DNA from: Eledone cirrhosa | Lineage: Eukaryota | Reading direction: 5' to 3' | DNA: 64,000 nucleotides | Assembly: GCA_964016885.1 (NCBI GenBank) | Contig: OZ024742.1 | Coordinates: 238,142,001 to 238,206,000 of the forward strand | Part shown: in pieces, positions 45,325 to 60,780 of the stretch | How the letters are laid out: the number at the start of each line of letters is the position of its first letter | Numbering within the stretch: the stretch's first letter is position 1 | The notes under the pieces: generated by a model | Seen by the model: the letters and a program-made list of their open reading frames with translations, nothing else | The model's database searches: none | Told to the model about the DNA's origin: nothing | Made by a program: the position numbers and the translations under genes

Positions 45325-46069
45325 TATATGTAGTAAGAAACACAGTAAATCGTGTGTCTAATATTACGGGTGTTGAAAGACCACATTTGTTTGAAATATT
45401 TAACCATGAAGCAGACAGAATGATAAAATAAAATTAAATTATATTATACAAACCGCCTCAATAACAATTATATCTCTCGGACAGATTAGGGATAATCTGT
45501 TTCGCCCTGGGTGTGTTTGTAACAGATAATCCTGGGCATCATCAGCGAGAGAATCTGATTAAATGCGACAAACACCTAGTACCAACGTTCACACATAAAG
45601 ATGAATTTATCACCTCGTGTGCCGTAAGTCAAAAGTGGTATGAGTGTATTGGTTAGAAACAACAGTCCAACACACGCAACTTAATAAGCTCACATCATGA
45701 GGGAGCCGAAATATAAATGAAAGTTAGAGTTAATAACTCCTACTGAAACCCTGTAATCAATAAGCTCAAAGCATAAATACCGAGCATTATAATAATAATA
45801 ATATATATGTAGTAAGAAACACAGTAAATCATGTGTCTAATATTACGACGGTTGAAAGACCACATTTGTTTGAAATATTTAACCATGAAGCAGACAGAAT
45901 GATAAAATAAAATTAAAATAAAATTGGTCTTTCAACCCTCGTAATATTAGACACACGATTTACTGTGTTTCTTACTACATATATATTATTATTATAATGC
46001 TCGGTATTTATGCTTTGAGCTTATTGATTACAGGGTTTCAGTAGGAGTTATTAACTCTAACTTTCATTT
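45325..46069. mobile_element. Family H: 479-nt HHR monomer with partial tandem repeat and inverted copy
   Basis: GTAGTAAGAAACAC at 45330 and 45809; 45925-46069 is the reverse complement of ~45713-45860. Confidence 0.85.
45474..45551 (-). ncRNA. Type I HHR with full stems
   Basis: CTCTCG-CTGATGA-TGCCC..GGGC-GAAA-CAGATTA TCCC TAATCTG-TC-CGAGAG. Confidence 0.93.
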
Positions 46070-46080
46070 ATATGTATATG

Positions 46081-46113
<33 letters not shown>

Positions 46114-46150
46114 GTATGTATGTATGTATGTATATATATATATATGTGTG

Positions 46151-46216
<66 letters not shown>

Positions 46217-46221
<5 letters not shown>

Positions 46222-46507
46222 GGTAGTACGGTGAAATTGCCGCTCTACCAATTACTCAAAATTACACACATAAGCCCACACACACAAAAAAATAGGACCG
46301 ATGCCTATATACATATTTTCGGCCCACATACTGCAACAAAAATATATTTTTGTCGCATCACCAGTCTGAGGAATAGATCGATACTGTAGTCGGGTTCATA
46401 CCTCCGAACGGTCACCTTGAGCCAATCGTCTGCGAAACGCGCGTAAGAGGTCGATACGCAAGAAATATTTTTCATATGTAAACGAAACGAAACTTCCTCG
46501 TTTTTTC

Positions 46508-46510
<3 letters not shown>
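46217..46510 (+). mobile_element. TA-flanked element with degenerate HHR at 46400-46451
   Basis: ACCTC..GAAA-CGCGCG-TA-AGAGGT; the 5' core is decayed. Confidence 0.5.
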
Positions 46511-46551
<41 letters not shown>

Positions 46552-49500
46552 GCAGTTTCCATCAAATTCACTCGGCATTGGCCAACTATGACATTTTCCC
46601 GAGGTACCGCGCAGCAGGACTGAATCTAGAACCAACACGTTGTAAGTTGAACTCCTTAACTGCTCATCCTTGCTTGTGTCTATGTTGTTTCAAATCGTTT
46701 TTTTTAAGATTACAGATGAAACTTTCTTCAGTCATATCGCCACCTTTTATTTAGTTCGACGAAGTACACAGTATGACTGAATGGTTAAATTTTGCTTCGC
46801 AAAGCATTAGGTTAAATTTTGCTTCGCAAAGCATTAGGTTCTGTGTTTCATTCCTCAACGAATCATTTAATCCAAGACTCTACAATTCTGCCAATCCATT
46901 TCCTGTAGAAAGTTATGATATAATGTTTATGAATTATTTTCTTTTATTTCATCAGATTTCCAAAGGCAAAGTTTCATTCATTTTGAATTCGTTTTTTCGC
47001 AGGATAATAATAATTAATTATTTGTAGTATTATGAAAGAAAGCTACATAGTAACATTACTTGTCATTAGTTGTGTTTGACTTAGGAATAAATTTCATCTG
47101 ACTTAGTGTTTTATTTCTGTAAATCTATTCAGAACTTTTGACAGCTCTATTGATGCATTGACATCTTTACAGTTACATCTTCAACCTCGTAGTCTATAAT
47201 AGTGTTTATTCTTTGTAACCATTGACGGTTGATGGTTCTGTAGTTCAACGACCCATAAAACATTGTAATATAGCAAACTAACGAGAGAAAAAGATAGGGG
47301 AAATTCAACAGAGGTTCCCACCTTTTCACTGCCTAGGACCCATTTTACTCCCTTTCGACAACGGACTAAAATCTTTCACCCCGAGATTGTTATACAGTGA
47401 AAATAACAATCGAAAAATTCAAATACTTATACCTAAAGAACGGATACCCAATAGCGTGTGCATATTATATTTTTAACAAAGTTCTTGGATTCTTTAAACT
47501 TAACTCACGGACAATTAAAACATTTAGGGGCTACCTACCCACACACGGGTGAAGACCCACTAGTTAAGTCAAACCAGAAGATTCTACGTTCCTGCTCGTC
47601 CCCCAATGCATTATATACTTTCCGGGGATCACCGTATTTCCCTGGAAACATTTCTTCGGTGACTTCACCTTTCCGGACCTCCAAGGATTCACGGACTCCA
47701 GGGTGAGAACCGCTGCCCTGCTACGTTGGTCATCCTGCTAGATATAGTTCATAAACCTCCCTTAAATCACACATGCGCACTGTTATCTTAATACTTTGGG
47801 TGGTATGATCTGGAATGCAGGGCCAGCGTTACCATTAAGACCAACTAATCAGCCGCCTAGGGCTCAGACAAGAGGTGCATCACCGTAACTTAAAGGATCA
47901 CAGTTTTATACAGATTAAATTAAAAGTAAAATAATTGCCTGCAATCAATAAATAAATCGCTAAACATCTTTGCCACGTAGAAGAATTGTGTAAATATCCA
48001 AAGAGGTTGAGAATGTAGTGAGGTGTTATGATCTGTGCATGGCTGTGACAAGGGTTCTAAACATCAGACACCAGCTTTGTTTGCGTCCAATGTGCCTAGG
48101 AAATAGGAGTATTAAAGACAAAACCAAACATTGGGCACATGTAAATAAATACAGTCGTATAATTTCAACCGGGAGGCGGATTGACAGTCGTTAAACTGTC
48201 GAATAGAATATTTTGCGGTATTATTTCTGGTTAACTGCTCTCTCTGAGAACATGTCCCTCGGCCAGTTGTAATAAAAATCTGTTGAATTAAACAAAAGTA
48301 ACCATAGTCGAAGAATAAAAAGAACTTACTACATCTGTAGAGTGAAAATGTTATTTATTTTTAAAACATCTACAATTACAGATTGCACTTACTGTTTTGT
48401 TATCACTCTTCAATATGTGTGATTTTTAAATGTCGATGTGTAATACATAGGTATGTATGTATTAAAATACACACACATACACACACACTTATATATATAT
48501 GTGTGTGCGTGTGTGTGTGTAATGTACATATGTATATATAAAATACAACATATATAATAATACATAAGCTAACTCTCTCATCCTTTCCCCATCTTTCTCT
48601 CTTTCTCTTATACATTTACATTATTAGGTGCAATTTTCTGCACAGCTATGTATCGATTTTAAGAATGCTTTAGCAGCGACTGTAAAGGTTAATCGATATA
48701 TTAGTATGGAATTATGGGTCAAAGGAAGTCACTTAACATTGAAAATATTTCTTTCTTTTTTTCTTTTTGAATTTGAATGTTAACCTCAGCAGCCATACGG
48801 TACCAAATGCTATTTATATCTCTTACACACCATTATTAATGTTATTAGCAATGTTGCTGTGGGACTTCCGTGGTTCCGACGACAAGTGCTGCAGTTGTTT
48901 TCACAACAGAAAGGCCTGCTTGTGAATTTATCGTACAAGTGGCTGTGCGTTCCACAGATGCGTATACCCTTAGCGTAATTTACAGTGAGATTCAGCGTAA
49001 CTCTGACCCTTTATTTCCAGCAGAATGAACTGGAGCAACGTTAATGTCTTGCTTCAAGGACACAACGAGCCTTCAAATTCTGCTGAGATCAACTTTGTCT
49101 TTCATCCTTCCGGGATCGATAAATTAAAGTACTGATAGCGCACTAGGTTCAATTTAATCGCCTTAGGGCGCCAGACGAAATATTTTGCGATACTGACCAT
49201 TACTATTTGAGTTCAAATCCAACCAAGGTCAACTTTACCTTTCATCTTTCCGAGGTTGAGATAAAATATTTTGCCAGTCAAATACTAGGGTCAATTTAAT
49301 CTCTTCCACTAAAAAATAATCGCTGTTCTTAGGCCTTAAGGGTAGTAGATTGTCAAAATTGTTAGAGCGTCGGACACAATGCTTTTTGACATTTTTTTCG
49401 ACTCTTTGTAATGGTTTAGAAGAAAATATCTTAAAGCGGATTTGTTTATTCAAATGTTTATACATTTACTAGTAGATTTTAGGAAAGCTTACAGTATCAG

Positions 49501-50624
49501 ACTAAAACATCAATTTCGAATGTAATACAGTCTTTGAACTGTTGTGTACAAAATGTTTATACTATCTTTAGTAGTGGACAGATTGTTGTGAAAATTACAG
49601 TATTGGAGTAAAGACATTAATTTCTAGTGCAATGCTGTCATAATGTTCCTTTGTTACTTTTCCAGAATATCTTGCAAATGAGGTTTCAATAGTACAAGTT
49701 ATTAAGAGTTAATCATTTGGCCATGCTGCTTCCACAGCAATATGTATACAGAGGTATTGAATGCCCTACAACATGCATTGATTATTATTGCTTTCAAAAC
49801 CGTTTTCGAAAATAATACAGACCTTTAATCCAATAGGATCTGTACTACTGGTTATATTCTATTCTTCTTCTATCGACATTCAGTATAACGAAATTTCCTC
49901 TCATACAATCCGGGTTCCTTGCTCTAATATTTGATAAGGATCTCCAAATTATAGATTCCATTTGAATTACACTTGTATCATATTTTCTAGCATATCTCAC
50001 ATATGCATATACTGAGAACATCACTGACGAACACACACACACACGCATACACAAACAAACACTCACGCAAACATGTATATATAAACATATATATATATAC
50101 ATACACACACACACACGCGCGCGCGCGCGCGCATATATATGCATCACATTTGTAGACACATATATTTCATATGTGCACACACCGACACACGCACACAAAC
50201 ACTCAAGCCCAGTTGCGCATATACTCACACATTTATATACAAGCACGCACGAATACAAACACACATACAAACGCAGAGATATCACATATGTGCACAGAGA
50301 TGGTGGGGAGAACGCAGGCGTCCCTACGCGCACGCGCAGACACTTATTCACATCCACACGCAAACATAAAAGCAAGCGTCTCTCACGTCTCTCTCTCCCT
50401 CCTTCCTTTGCTCTTTCCCTCTCTCTTTATATATATATACATTATTGCAATTTTGCAATAACCACACATACTGAATTCATCCTCCAAGACTAGGGGTTGT
50501 CTCCCTTCTAACCCCCCACGTGGGTTCAGATAACGGTCAGTTCCTTAGCTTTGCATAGAACTAAATGCCTGTTGAAAAAGTGACTTCCTTGTTCGATCAT
50601 CATACCAAAAGCTTAACATTATTT

Positions 50625-50720
50625 GTTAACTTTGCCTTTCATCCTTACGGGGTCGATAAAATAAAGTACCAGTAATACACTGGGTAATTGCTGGCCTTGT
50701 GCCAAAAGTAGAAACAATTA
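50625..50720 (+). mobile_element. SINE (main family), 5'-truncated
   Basis: TSD ATTATTTGTT. Confidence 0.85.
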
Positions 50721-51024
50721 TTTGTTTAAGCAGATAGTACCTGATTTAGGAGTTGCAGAAACCCCATATTGGATTTTTACCACCGTTGCAAGGGGTCCGG
50801 GTATAATTTTCAATCATATTTTATTATTTGTTTGACCCGAATAGCTTGGTCGTTTCTATGGCTTTGCGGATAATGGTTTAACCATCGTTTCAGTGTGTTT
50901 GGCCTTTTAACGTATGTTGTTGCTCTAGTTCACTCGTTTCTATGGAGCGCTTGCCACACATCTCGGAAGTTGTTTTTCGCCAATTTCCAATAGCCGAAAT
51001 GCGATTCTCGCTAATTTATATTTG

Positions 51025-51073
<49 letters not shown>

Positions 51074-51121
51074 TGTGCTAAAAGTTTGGTTGAAATATGC
51101 ACTCAGTCCATAGAACGAGTT

Positions 51122-51197
<76 letters not shown>

Positions 51198-51230
51198 GCA
51201 TACATATATACATACATATAGATATATATA

Positions 51231-51437
51231 TGAAAAGATTCAGGATCCCGGCGGCTGAGCTCCGGCCGTTTCCACAGTTAGATCCGAACTGAGTTCGGAT
51301 CTAGCTGTCGAAACAGCCGGAGCTCAGTCGGAGCTCAGCCGGAGGTCAGCCGTCGGGATCCTGAATCTTTTCATATTACCCACTCTACTACACCAAGTAT
51401 TGAGTACTCTGGTTTTTTACCATACCCTATCTGACAT
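51231..51437. mobile_element. Family A subfamily variant, fold-back
   Basis: Arms about CCGAAC-TGA-GTTCGG; shares TATTACCCACTCTACTA..AAGTATTGAGTAC with family A. Confidence 0.75.
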
Positions 51438-51459
51438 ATATATACATATATATATATAT

Positions 51460-51527
<68 letters not shown>

Positions 51528-51722
51528 TAACAGATTAAAGTTTAAGCAAAGAATCGCTGCTTTCACCCTTAACGGGATCTTCTGAAACTAAAAATATCAA
51601 TCTGTGAACGCAGAAGTAAATATTTCGAAAAACGTTGCAACCGAAGGAAGACGGGAAGACGATACTTTGGTTCGTGGAAACGTTCCCTGGCAAAGAACGG
51701 AAAAAAACGAAGATAATACGTC

Positions 51723-51785
<63 letters not shown>

Positions 51786-52140
51786 CGTGTGTATGTGTGT
51801 GTGTATGAGCAGTGGCAATGGATTTGCAAAGAAACTATTATATTGGCGCATTCTTCTCAGACTTTCTCTCAGTCTCTCACTTTCTTTCTCTATCACTGTC
51901 CCCCCCCCCTCTATCTACCACTCCCTCTCGTTCGATATATATATATATATGAGTATGTGATTATATTCACTTCTACTCCACCTCTTTCAATATCCCTGCT
52001 TTATCGATTTCTAATATGTTTCCTTTATCTCCCCGCCAGCCATTTGTTCCTATAATGTTATTTACTCTACCCACAACCACTATATAATTTCTTAACGTTG
52101 CTCTTCCTTTTTCTCTATTTATACAATTTCGCTTATTTCC

Positions 52141-52204
<64 letters not shown>

Positions 52205-52425
52205 ATATTTCTCTTTCTCGCTCTTTTTCTGTCTTCCCTATCACTTTTGTCTCTCTCACTCTTCCCCTCTATTTCTTTGGTCTCTCTTCATCTCTCTCTC
52301 TCATACCCACTCATCTCCCTCCATTTCTCTCTTCTCTCTCTCACACCCTCTCATCTCCCCCTTTCTCTCATCTCTCTCCTTCTCCGTCTATCTCACTCTC
52401 ATTCTCACTCTCTTTCACTCTATCT

Positions 52426-52460
<35 letters not shown>

Positions 52461-52912
52461 CCCCATTCATGTCATTGATATTCCCTTCATTCTCATATTT
52501 CTCCTTCACAACATTATATCTAAAAGATACATCAAAACAAACAATAAACGAACCAAAAATAAAACTACCAAACTTTGCCGCCATTTTCATATGAAAAATT
52601 TAGCCAAACTAACTTTTCCATTCAGAACAAAATAATGTCAATCAATTTTGTTGTATCGGTTAAAAAAATCGATATCTATCAATACAGAAACATCAAAGAG
52701 AAATAAACTGACAGTTAATATATTTTTATTTTAGAAAAAAATGTCACATATTTCTATTTGTATTTTCTTACTTTATTTTTTTTTTATATTTTATTTATTT
52801 TATATATTAACATCAAGATTTTAGATATTACTGCTTTTTCTCTCTCTTTCTTTCTCTCTCTCTCTCTTTCTCTCTCCCCTTCTCTCTCCCTCCCTTTAAC
52901 AAAGAGAGATAG

Positions 52913-52956
<44 letters not shown>

Positions 52957-53284
52957 TGGAAATAGCACAGAAAATATATTTAAGGATCTGTTTTTCTTTT
53001 TTTCTTCTTTGATTCGTCAAAGTGACGCTATTGAAAAAATGAGAGGAACAATTTAAAAAAAGAAAAAGGAGTTTTATAATGTATATAAAATATATAAAAT
53101 ATAACCGGTTTCGATGTATCAGTGTAAACCATCTTATCAAATTTTGAAAATTGCAATTAAAAAGAATTAAAAAGAATTAAAAATTAACAATTTTAAAATT
53201 GAGTGTTGAAAAGGTCTGTTCATCTTTCTTGTTGCGAAGACTGGGTCTAAAATAGAAGCTTATATATAGAGAGAGAGGTAGCCA

Positions 53285-53359
<75 letters not shown>

Positions 53360-53514
53360 AAGTAGTGTTGGTAGTTGTGTCTTTTTACAAAACAAAATTA
53401 TTTTTAGGAATAATCTCAATTGTGTTAAAGGATTGGTCAAAATTAAAGGATTGAACACTCGTCCTCTCAAAGAAGCCTGTGCAGTGCACGCTACATGTGA
53501 ATGTAATTCCACTT

Positions 53515-54352
53515 AAGGTAGAGAAGTTCCAGTATCTCGGGGACTTGTTCGCGAGTGACGGAAGCTAGGAGGCTGAATTAAGTGCAAAAATTACAAACGC
53601 TGGTGCAGTAATGCGCCAACTTCTGAATTTAGTAATCAGAAGAAGGGAGTTTCTCAGGACTGTGTTCACAAGGCAGGAGGCTGAATTAAGTGCAAGAATT
53701 GCTTGAGCTGGTGCAGGAATACACCAGCTCCTACAATCAGAATAAGGGAGGTAAGCGTAAAAGCCAAACTTGCTATCTTCAATTCGGTATTCGTGCCAAC
53801 CCTTACCTATGGTAAGGGTTGGCACGAATAATGACCGTAAATACAAGCGGCCAAAATGGGATCCCTCCGAAGTGTCTTTGGAGTAACGTTACTCGATAAA
53901 GTGCGTAGCTCGGAGATCAGAGAGTATCTCCAGATAGAGCCGCTACTTCTTCGAATTGAGAGATCACAGCTCCGATACAATTAACATATGATTAGAATGT
54001 CTCAGGAAAGAATCGTTGGACAGATTTTACGGGCAAACACAACCAACCGGCAAGGAACACAGGGGTAGACCCTGAGCAAGATGGTTGGACAGCATGCTTG
54101 AGCTTGGCTGCTCACGCTTCGGGAATCCAGCCGGATCAGCTGTAGACGGTTGCTTCTGACCGGATCCGCTCGAGAACTCTGCCTCCATGACCCTCTCAAG
54201 AATAAGTGGACGTAGAAGAAGAAGAAGAAGAAGAAGAAGAAGAAGAAGAAGAAGAAGAAGAAGAAGAAGAAGAAGAAGAAGAAGAAGAAGAAGAAGAAGA
54301 AGAAGAAGAAGAAGAAGAAGAAGAAGAAGAAGAAGAAGAAGAAGAAGAAGAA
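53515..54352 (+). mobile_element. RTE-clade LINE 3' end with long (GAA)n tail
   Basis: KVEKFQYLGDLFASDG..EAELSAKITNAGAVMRQL..EPLLLRIERSQLR; (GAA)n at 54215-54352. Confidence 0.85.
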
Positions 54353-54354
54353 GG

Positions 54355-55300
54355 GTGTGTTTCTGGTGAAATGTTAATGAGGTGTAAAGTACATGTCATC
54401 TTTTGATGAAAAGAAAAGAAAAACAAAGAGAAAAACAAGATCATTGATTGAGAAAGGTATTGGGAGATGTTGGGTGAGGGAGAGGTTGTGATGGTCAGAT
54501 TTACCAAAATGGCCTTTGGTGAAGAAGTAAGATAAAACCAAAATATAAAACAAGGTTAATGAGTGTTTAATGAGTGTTTACAGTGTGTTATTTGTTTGGA
54601 AAGGGTTGTAAAAATAACTTCACACACATCAAAAATTCCTAAGTGCCCTTTGGTGAAGGAATAAGATAAAAGTCAAAATATAAAACAAAGTCAATGAGTG
54701 TTTCAACTTTTGTTGGTGTATATTTACAGAAAATGAATTTGGGTGGTGTGTCTGGGTAAGTGTTAATGAAGTGTAAAATACTGTCTTTTGATGAAAAGAA
54801 AATGAAAACAAATAGAAAAATCAAATGATTAATTGAAAGTGGTTTTGGGAGGTGTTGTGGATGAGGTAGACATTGTGTTGGTCAGATTTACTTAAATTGA
54901 CTTTGGAGAAGAAATAACATAAAAATCAAATTATAAAACAAAGTTAGTGAGTGTTTAAACTTTTGTTGAGAGAGAAAAGTATGTGTTGTTGATCTCGGTT
55001 TGGAAAAGGTGGTGAAAATGGTTAAGAAATAAGAATAAAGTAGATGTGGACAGGAACAGGGAAAGGTATTTGTTGATTTGGATTATTAAACATACATCCC
55101 ACCCGCTACAAACCACAGCGATATACTGAAATAATTGGTTCTAGTTATTTGTTCTTAAAGAAACACATTTTGCATGTATATGATAGTGCACATACTTAAA
55201 TATGGAATAAAGTTAATGAGTGTTTACATTTTTTGTTGAGAGAGAACTGTTTTGTTGTTGTTGATAGGTTGAAAATGGCGATGAAAAAGCCTTCATATTT
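54355..55300. repeat. Diverged tandem repeat with a ~385 bp higher-order period
   Basis: TCTTTTGATGAAAAGAAAA at ~54399 and 54784; GGTCAGATTTAC at 54493 and 54880; AAGTTAATGAGTGTT-like motif repeated. Confidence 0.7.
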
Positions 55301-55922
55301 ATTCACATGCATACCTCCCTACATATAAACATACACACATACATACATATACATATATATACATATAAACACACAAATATGTATACATTCCACATACACG
55401 TGTATCATTAGCGTGTATCTCAGGTAGATTTAGTGTGACATAGTGTGTGACAAGGCTGACCCCCTTGAATTACAGGTACAACTGTGGAGCAACGGGAAAT
55501 AAATTATCTTGCTCAAGGACACCATCCGCTACCCGGGTCGAGAAACGAAATCATGATCTTTCGATCGTGAGTAGAATACCCCAACCACCAAGCCACGCGC
55601 CTTCACATATATAAACATACATGTACACATATATGGCCACACACATATTCATATACATACATCCATACATATTCGTATATATAATACATTCACGCACACA
55701 TGCATTTATTAATATATGCATATACATAGCGTATTCTCCTACATACATGCACACACATATATGCACATACAAATATGTACGTATATATATGCGTGAACAT
55801 ACACATATACACATACATATATATATATACATGATGGCAGTATCATAGACTCATTTATCTGTCTGCATCTAAATACTCCAAAATTCTGTTTCAGAGCTAT
55901 TTTGAAATATGTAAAAAAAAAA

Positions 55923-55964
55923 ATCTATGATAAATTAGACATTTTTTTTTCTGTTCATGCTTAA

Positions 55965-56002
<38 letters not shown>

Positions 56003-56044
56003 TTAAGCATGAACAGAAAAAAAAATGTCTAATTTATCATAGAT
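55923..56044. repeat. Perfect inverted duplication centred on (TA)n
   Basis: ATCTATGATAAATTAGACATTTTTTTTTCTGTTCATGCTTAATTATT and its reverse complement. Confidence 0.9.
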
Positions 56045-56047
56045 AAA

Positions 56048-56095
<48 letters not shown>

Positions 56096-56589
56096 TATAT
56101 ATATATATATATACTCCGTGTGTTATCATTACCATTTTCCCTCATCTACCTCTCATTTATGGCATTTATAGTCCATTCCTCTATTTTCTTATACAGCCAT
56201 ATCTGCCCATCTTTACACATACCCGCTTTTTTCGTTAGTTAATTGTATTTTTTTTCTTTTTTCTTTTTTTCCATATTTCCATCTTTTTGTAAAATATAAT
56301 TTACATTATATAATATATATATATACATATATAACCGTTAACACTAATATTATATCACATATAAATAGCCATTAACAATGCTATTATACTATATATATAT
56401 AAATAGCCATTAACAATCCTATTATACTATATATATATATATAAATAACCATTAACAATCCTATTATACTATATATATATATATTACATATATATATGTG
56501 TGTGTGTATAAAGAGAGAGAGAGAGAAAGAGAGGGAGAGAGAGAGAGAGAGAGAGACAGAGAGAGAGAGAGAGACAGAGAGAGAGAGAG

Positions 56590-57025
56590 AATTACAAAAG
56601 TAATATTAAAAACACCATAATCCAGATGAGAGGGAGTAACTTTTTAATCAAATTAACTCGCATCCAACTCCTTGAGTATGCAGTTACAATGAATTTTCAT
56701 TGTAACTACATATTTCAGTAGTTGGATTCGGGGTAATTTGATTAAAATAATGGTCAAACTTAGTGGTCCAAGACTTATATGTAATGCATATAATTAAACA
56801 CGTGTAAATGATACGCAATAAAAGTTATTCCCACTCATCTGGATTATCGTGTTTTTTATAAATTTTTTGTAATTGTCTATATACACGCCGTAAATTGTTA
56901 CTACACTTGGAACCTGTATAACTACTACAGGATCTACAAATTAGAATAATTCGAACGTTGAGTAATCACTGCAATATGCGCTCTTGTTGAACAATCAAAT
57001 TAATTGATTACACTAACAGAATTTG
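56590..57025. mobile_element. Older fold-back element between microsatellites
   Basis: Centre GTTACAATGAATTTTCATTGTAAC; outer arms 56590-56644 and ~56821-56874. Confidence 0.65.
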
Positions 57026-57031
57026 AATAAT

Positions 57032-57177
<146 letters not shown>

Positions 57178-57254
57178 GAGAAAGAGAGAGAGAGAATTAT
57201 TATATATATGTGTGTGTGTGTGTATATGTATATATATATGTATATATATATATA

Positions 57255-57407
57255 TAGTTATGTAATAAACAACATAAGGCAATTATTTCATTTACCAGTG
57301 GTTTCTGAAATAATTGCCTTATGTTGTTTATTACATAACTATTAAGCTCTGTAACCTACATAGAGCACACTTTTATCCTGGACCTTTCCGACGGAATTAC
57401 TTCATTT

Positions 57408-57457
<50 letters not shown>

Positions 57458-58075
57458 AAAATTTCGCTCTACATGGCTAACATTCGATTCGTTTGCAATT
57501 TTGCAAACAAGCCTCAATTTTATAGCCATGTCGGTAGAATGAACACTTCATTCTTGCTCTTATTCTACTGACATGAGGTGTTCGTACTGATGAAGGGTGA
57601 TACCCAGAACATTAGTGCCAGCAGTTCTGTTCGCATGCCAACATAAGAGCAAGAATGAAGTGTTCGTTCTACTGACATGGCTATAAAATTGAGGCTTGTT
57701 TGCAAAATTGCAAACAAATCGGATGTTATTATTAATATTCGAAAAACCCATATTACATTTATTGTATTCAGCCATGTAGAGCGAAATTTTTCTTTTTTAA
57801 TTGAATTTGCCAAAGCCGGCCATTTATCGCTCGTATACAGGAAACTGACTGGCCAGTCTGCTGATATGCAAATCTGGCTGATCAGTGAATCTGTTAATAT
57901 GCATATCTGACTGATCTGACTGACTTCATTCTTGCTCTTATGTTGGCATGCGAATATGCAAATCAGGCCGATCAGTCACTGTGTATTTTTGAAAATAGCA
58001 TATATTTTCACTATCTCTGACAGTTTGGCAGGTGAACAGTGAGCTGTACTGATGAAGGGTGATACCCAGAAACAA
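57255..58075. mobile_element. Cluster of fold-back elements (57255-57341 hairpin; family J at 57452-58075) with HHR-like motifs
   Basis: GTA-CTGATGA-AGGGTGATACCCA-GAA(A)C at 57584-57622 and 58043-58075; family J fragments also at 59177-59236 and 61364-61420. Confidence 0.65.
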
Positions 58076-58293
58076 TTAAATCTCTCCCAAGGTAACTCTA
58101 TCTCGTGTTATTATTTTTATCCTTTACGCTCTTTCCTACATTCTTCTACACGCTACACATCTCAACCTCTCTCTCCACCACCGGATCTTGTTACCCGGAG
58201 ATTTACCCATCTGCATTGCTGAGGCTTCCAAAACGACCTAAAGAAATATACCTTATTATTCCACAATGCTTCAAGCAAACTTCAATACTCTCT

Positions 58294-59162
<869 letters not shown>

Positions 59163-59329
59163 TATATATATATAAATGTAATCTGAGTTTTTTCGAATAT
59201 TAATAACATTCGATTCGTTTGCAATTTTGCAAACAGTTTTGTGTTTAATTTCATTGTTTTAATATTTATTTATATATATACACTACCTTTACCTCCACCC
59301 CTTCCCTGTCCCTTCCACCCTCATCCGCA

Positions 59330-59640
59330 CCGCCGAGCTAGTCCGCACCCTCAACTGTTTCTCTTTCTCGTGTGAGTTCTATCAACAGGTCACCAGGGTA
59401 GCCATTGGTACAAGAATGGGTCCCAACTACGCCAACCTTTTCGTTGGCTACATTGAGGCCCGAATCTTTGCCCAATAGACTGGCCCCACTCCCGAATAAT
59501 ACGGCCGTTATATTGAGGACTGTATCAGTGCCAAGATACTCACCCAGGAACAGCTCGACTCTATTCTCTCTTTCCTCTGCTCCTTCCATTCCTCCCTCTA
59601 TTTCACCACCTCCATCTCCACCACTTCTGTTCACTTCTGT
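59330..59640 (+). pseudogene. Penelope-like RT fragment
   Basis: LNCFSFSCEFYQQVTRVAIGTRMGPNYANLFVGYIE..YGRYIEDCI (PLE G.AMG.P..A.LF and RYIDD motifs) with stops. Confidence 0.85.
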
Positions 59641-59949
59641 CCACCGTGCCAGTGCCCTCACCCCACTGGTTTCAGTCATTAAACAATACCCATGCTAGAA
59701 CACCATCTTCGTTTAGTCGATCTTATCGACCCCAGTACTTATGTTATCTCGCTCTTTTTACTCTATTTTATTTTTTTGTTGAACTAATAAGTCTTGAGAT
59801 ATAAAGACATGGACGTGCGCAGATAGATATGTTTATCTATTTATTCAATTATAGGACTTAGGTCTTTATCTTAAAAACGGCCAAGAAACTTCGTTTGAAG
59901 ACAGCTATAAGTTTCAAACGATCGTCGATGTTTATATATATATATATAA

Positions 59950-60040
<91 letters not shown>

Positions 60041-60134
60041 AGTGCGTGTGAGTGAGTGTGTGTGTGGGTGTGGGTGTGGGTGGGTGTGTGGGTGTGGGTG
60101 TGGGTGGGTGTGTGGGTGTGTGTGCGTGCATGTG

Positions 60135-60306
60135 CATGTTACGGTCTTTTGCAGTTTCCGTCTACCAGATTCCACTCACGAGACATTCGTCAACCCGACA
60201 ACTCGAGGCTATAGTAAAAGACACTTGCCTAAATTGCCGCTCAGTCGCAGAAGGAATGAAACTAGAAACCATGTGATTGTTAAGCGAACTCCTTAACCAC
60301 ACAACC
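60135..60306 (-). mobile_element. Second tRNA-derived SINE family (CORE-like)
   Basis: Minus strand TGTGGTTAAGGAGTTCGCTT..GGCAAGTGTCTTTTACTATAGCCTCG..GGTAGACGGAAACTG; decayed relatives near 46545-46665 and 38045-38160. Confidence 0.6.
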
Positions 60307-60780
60307 ATATCTGTGCATATGTGAAGATAAAAATACCTAAGTATTTGTATCAAAGGATAAAAAAGGAATTGTTCTGACCGTCAGATCGAATCAAAGAAAC
60401 AATTGTTCCATTGATCTTTCTATTGCTGACATTATCTGCCTGTCACAACCTAGCAGAATGAATAACATGAAATAAATTATTTTATCTTGATCACACCACG
60501 CAGTAATCAAACATCCAATCGCGAGTCCAACACTCTAGCCAGTTGGCCACGTGCCGGAAGTGATTTGCTTCATAAGAAAACTAAAAATGGATGAGTTTGA
60601 AGAAACCAAAATACTTTGACTTAAATATAAAGATTATAAATACATCATGCCAAATAACAGCCGTAATAGAAATTATATTTCATATTGATTAGTAACCAAA
60701 TACAGAAAGCTGACCACACCAACGGCCTTAAACTACCCAGCAAATAATCATCTCTGTAGAACTAACTAACTATATATATA

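Noticed and set aside
47580-47716. hAT-like terminal sequence (minus strand CAGCGGTTCTCA)
   Set aside because: No matching second TIR or TSD was found nearby.
54187-54507. Poly-Arg/Glu/Ser ORFs
   Set aside because: They are the (GAA)n tail of an RTE LINE.
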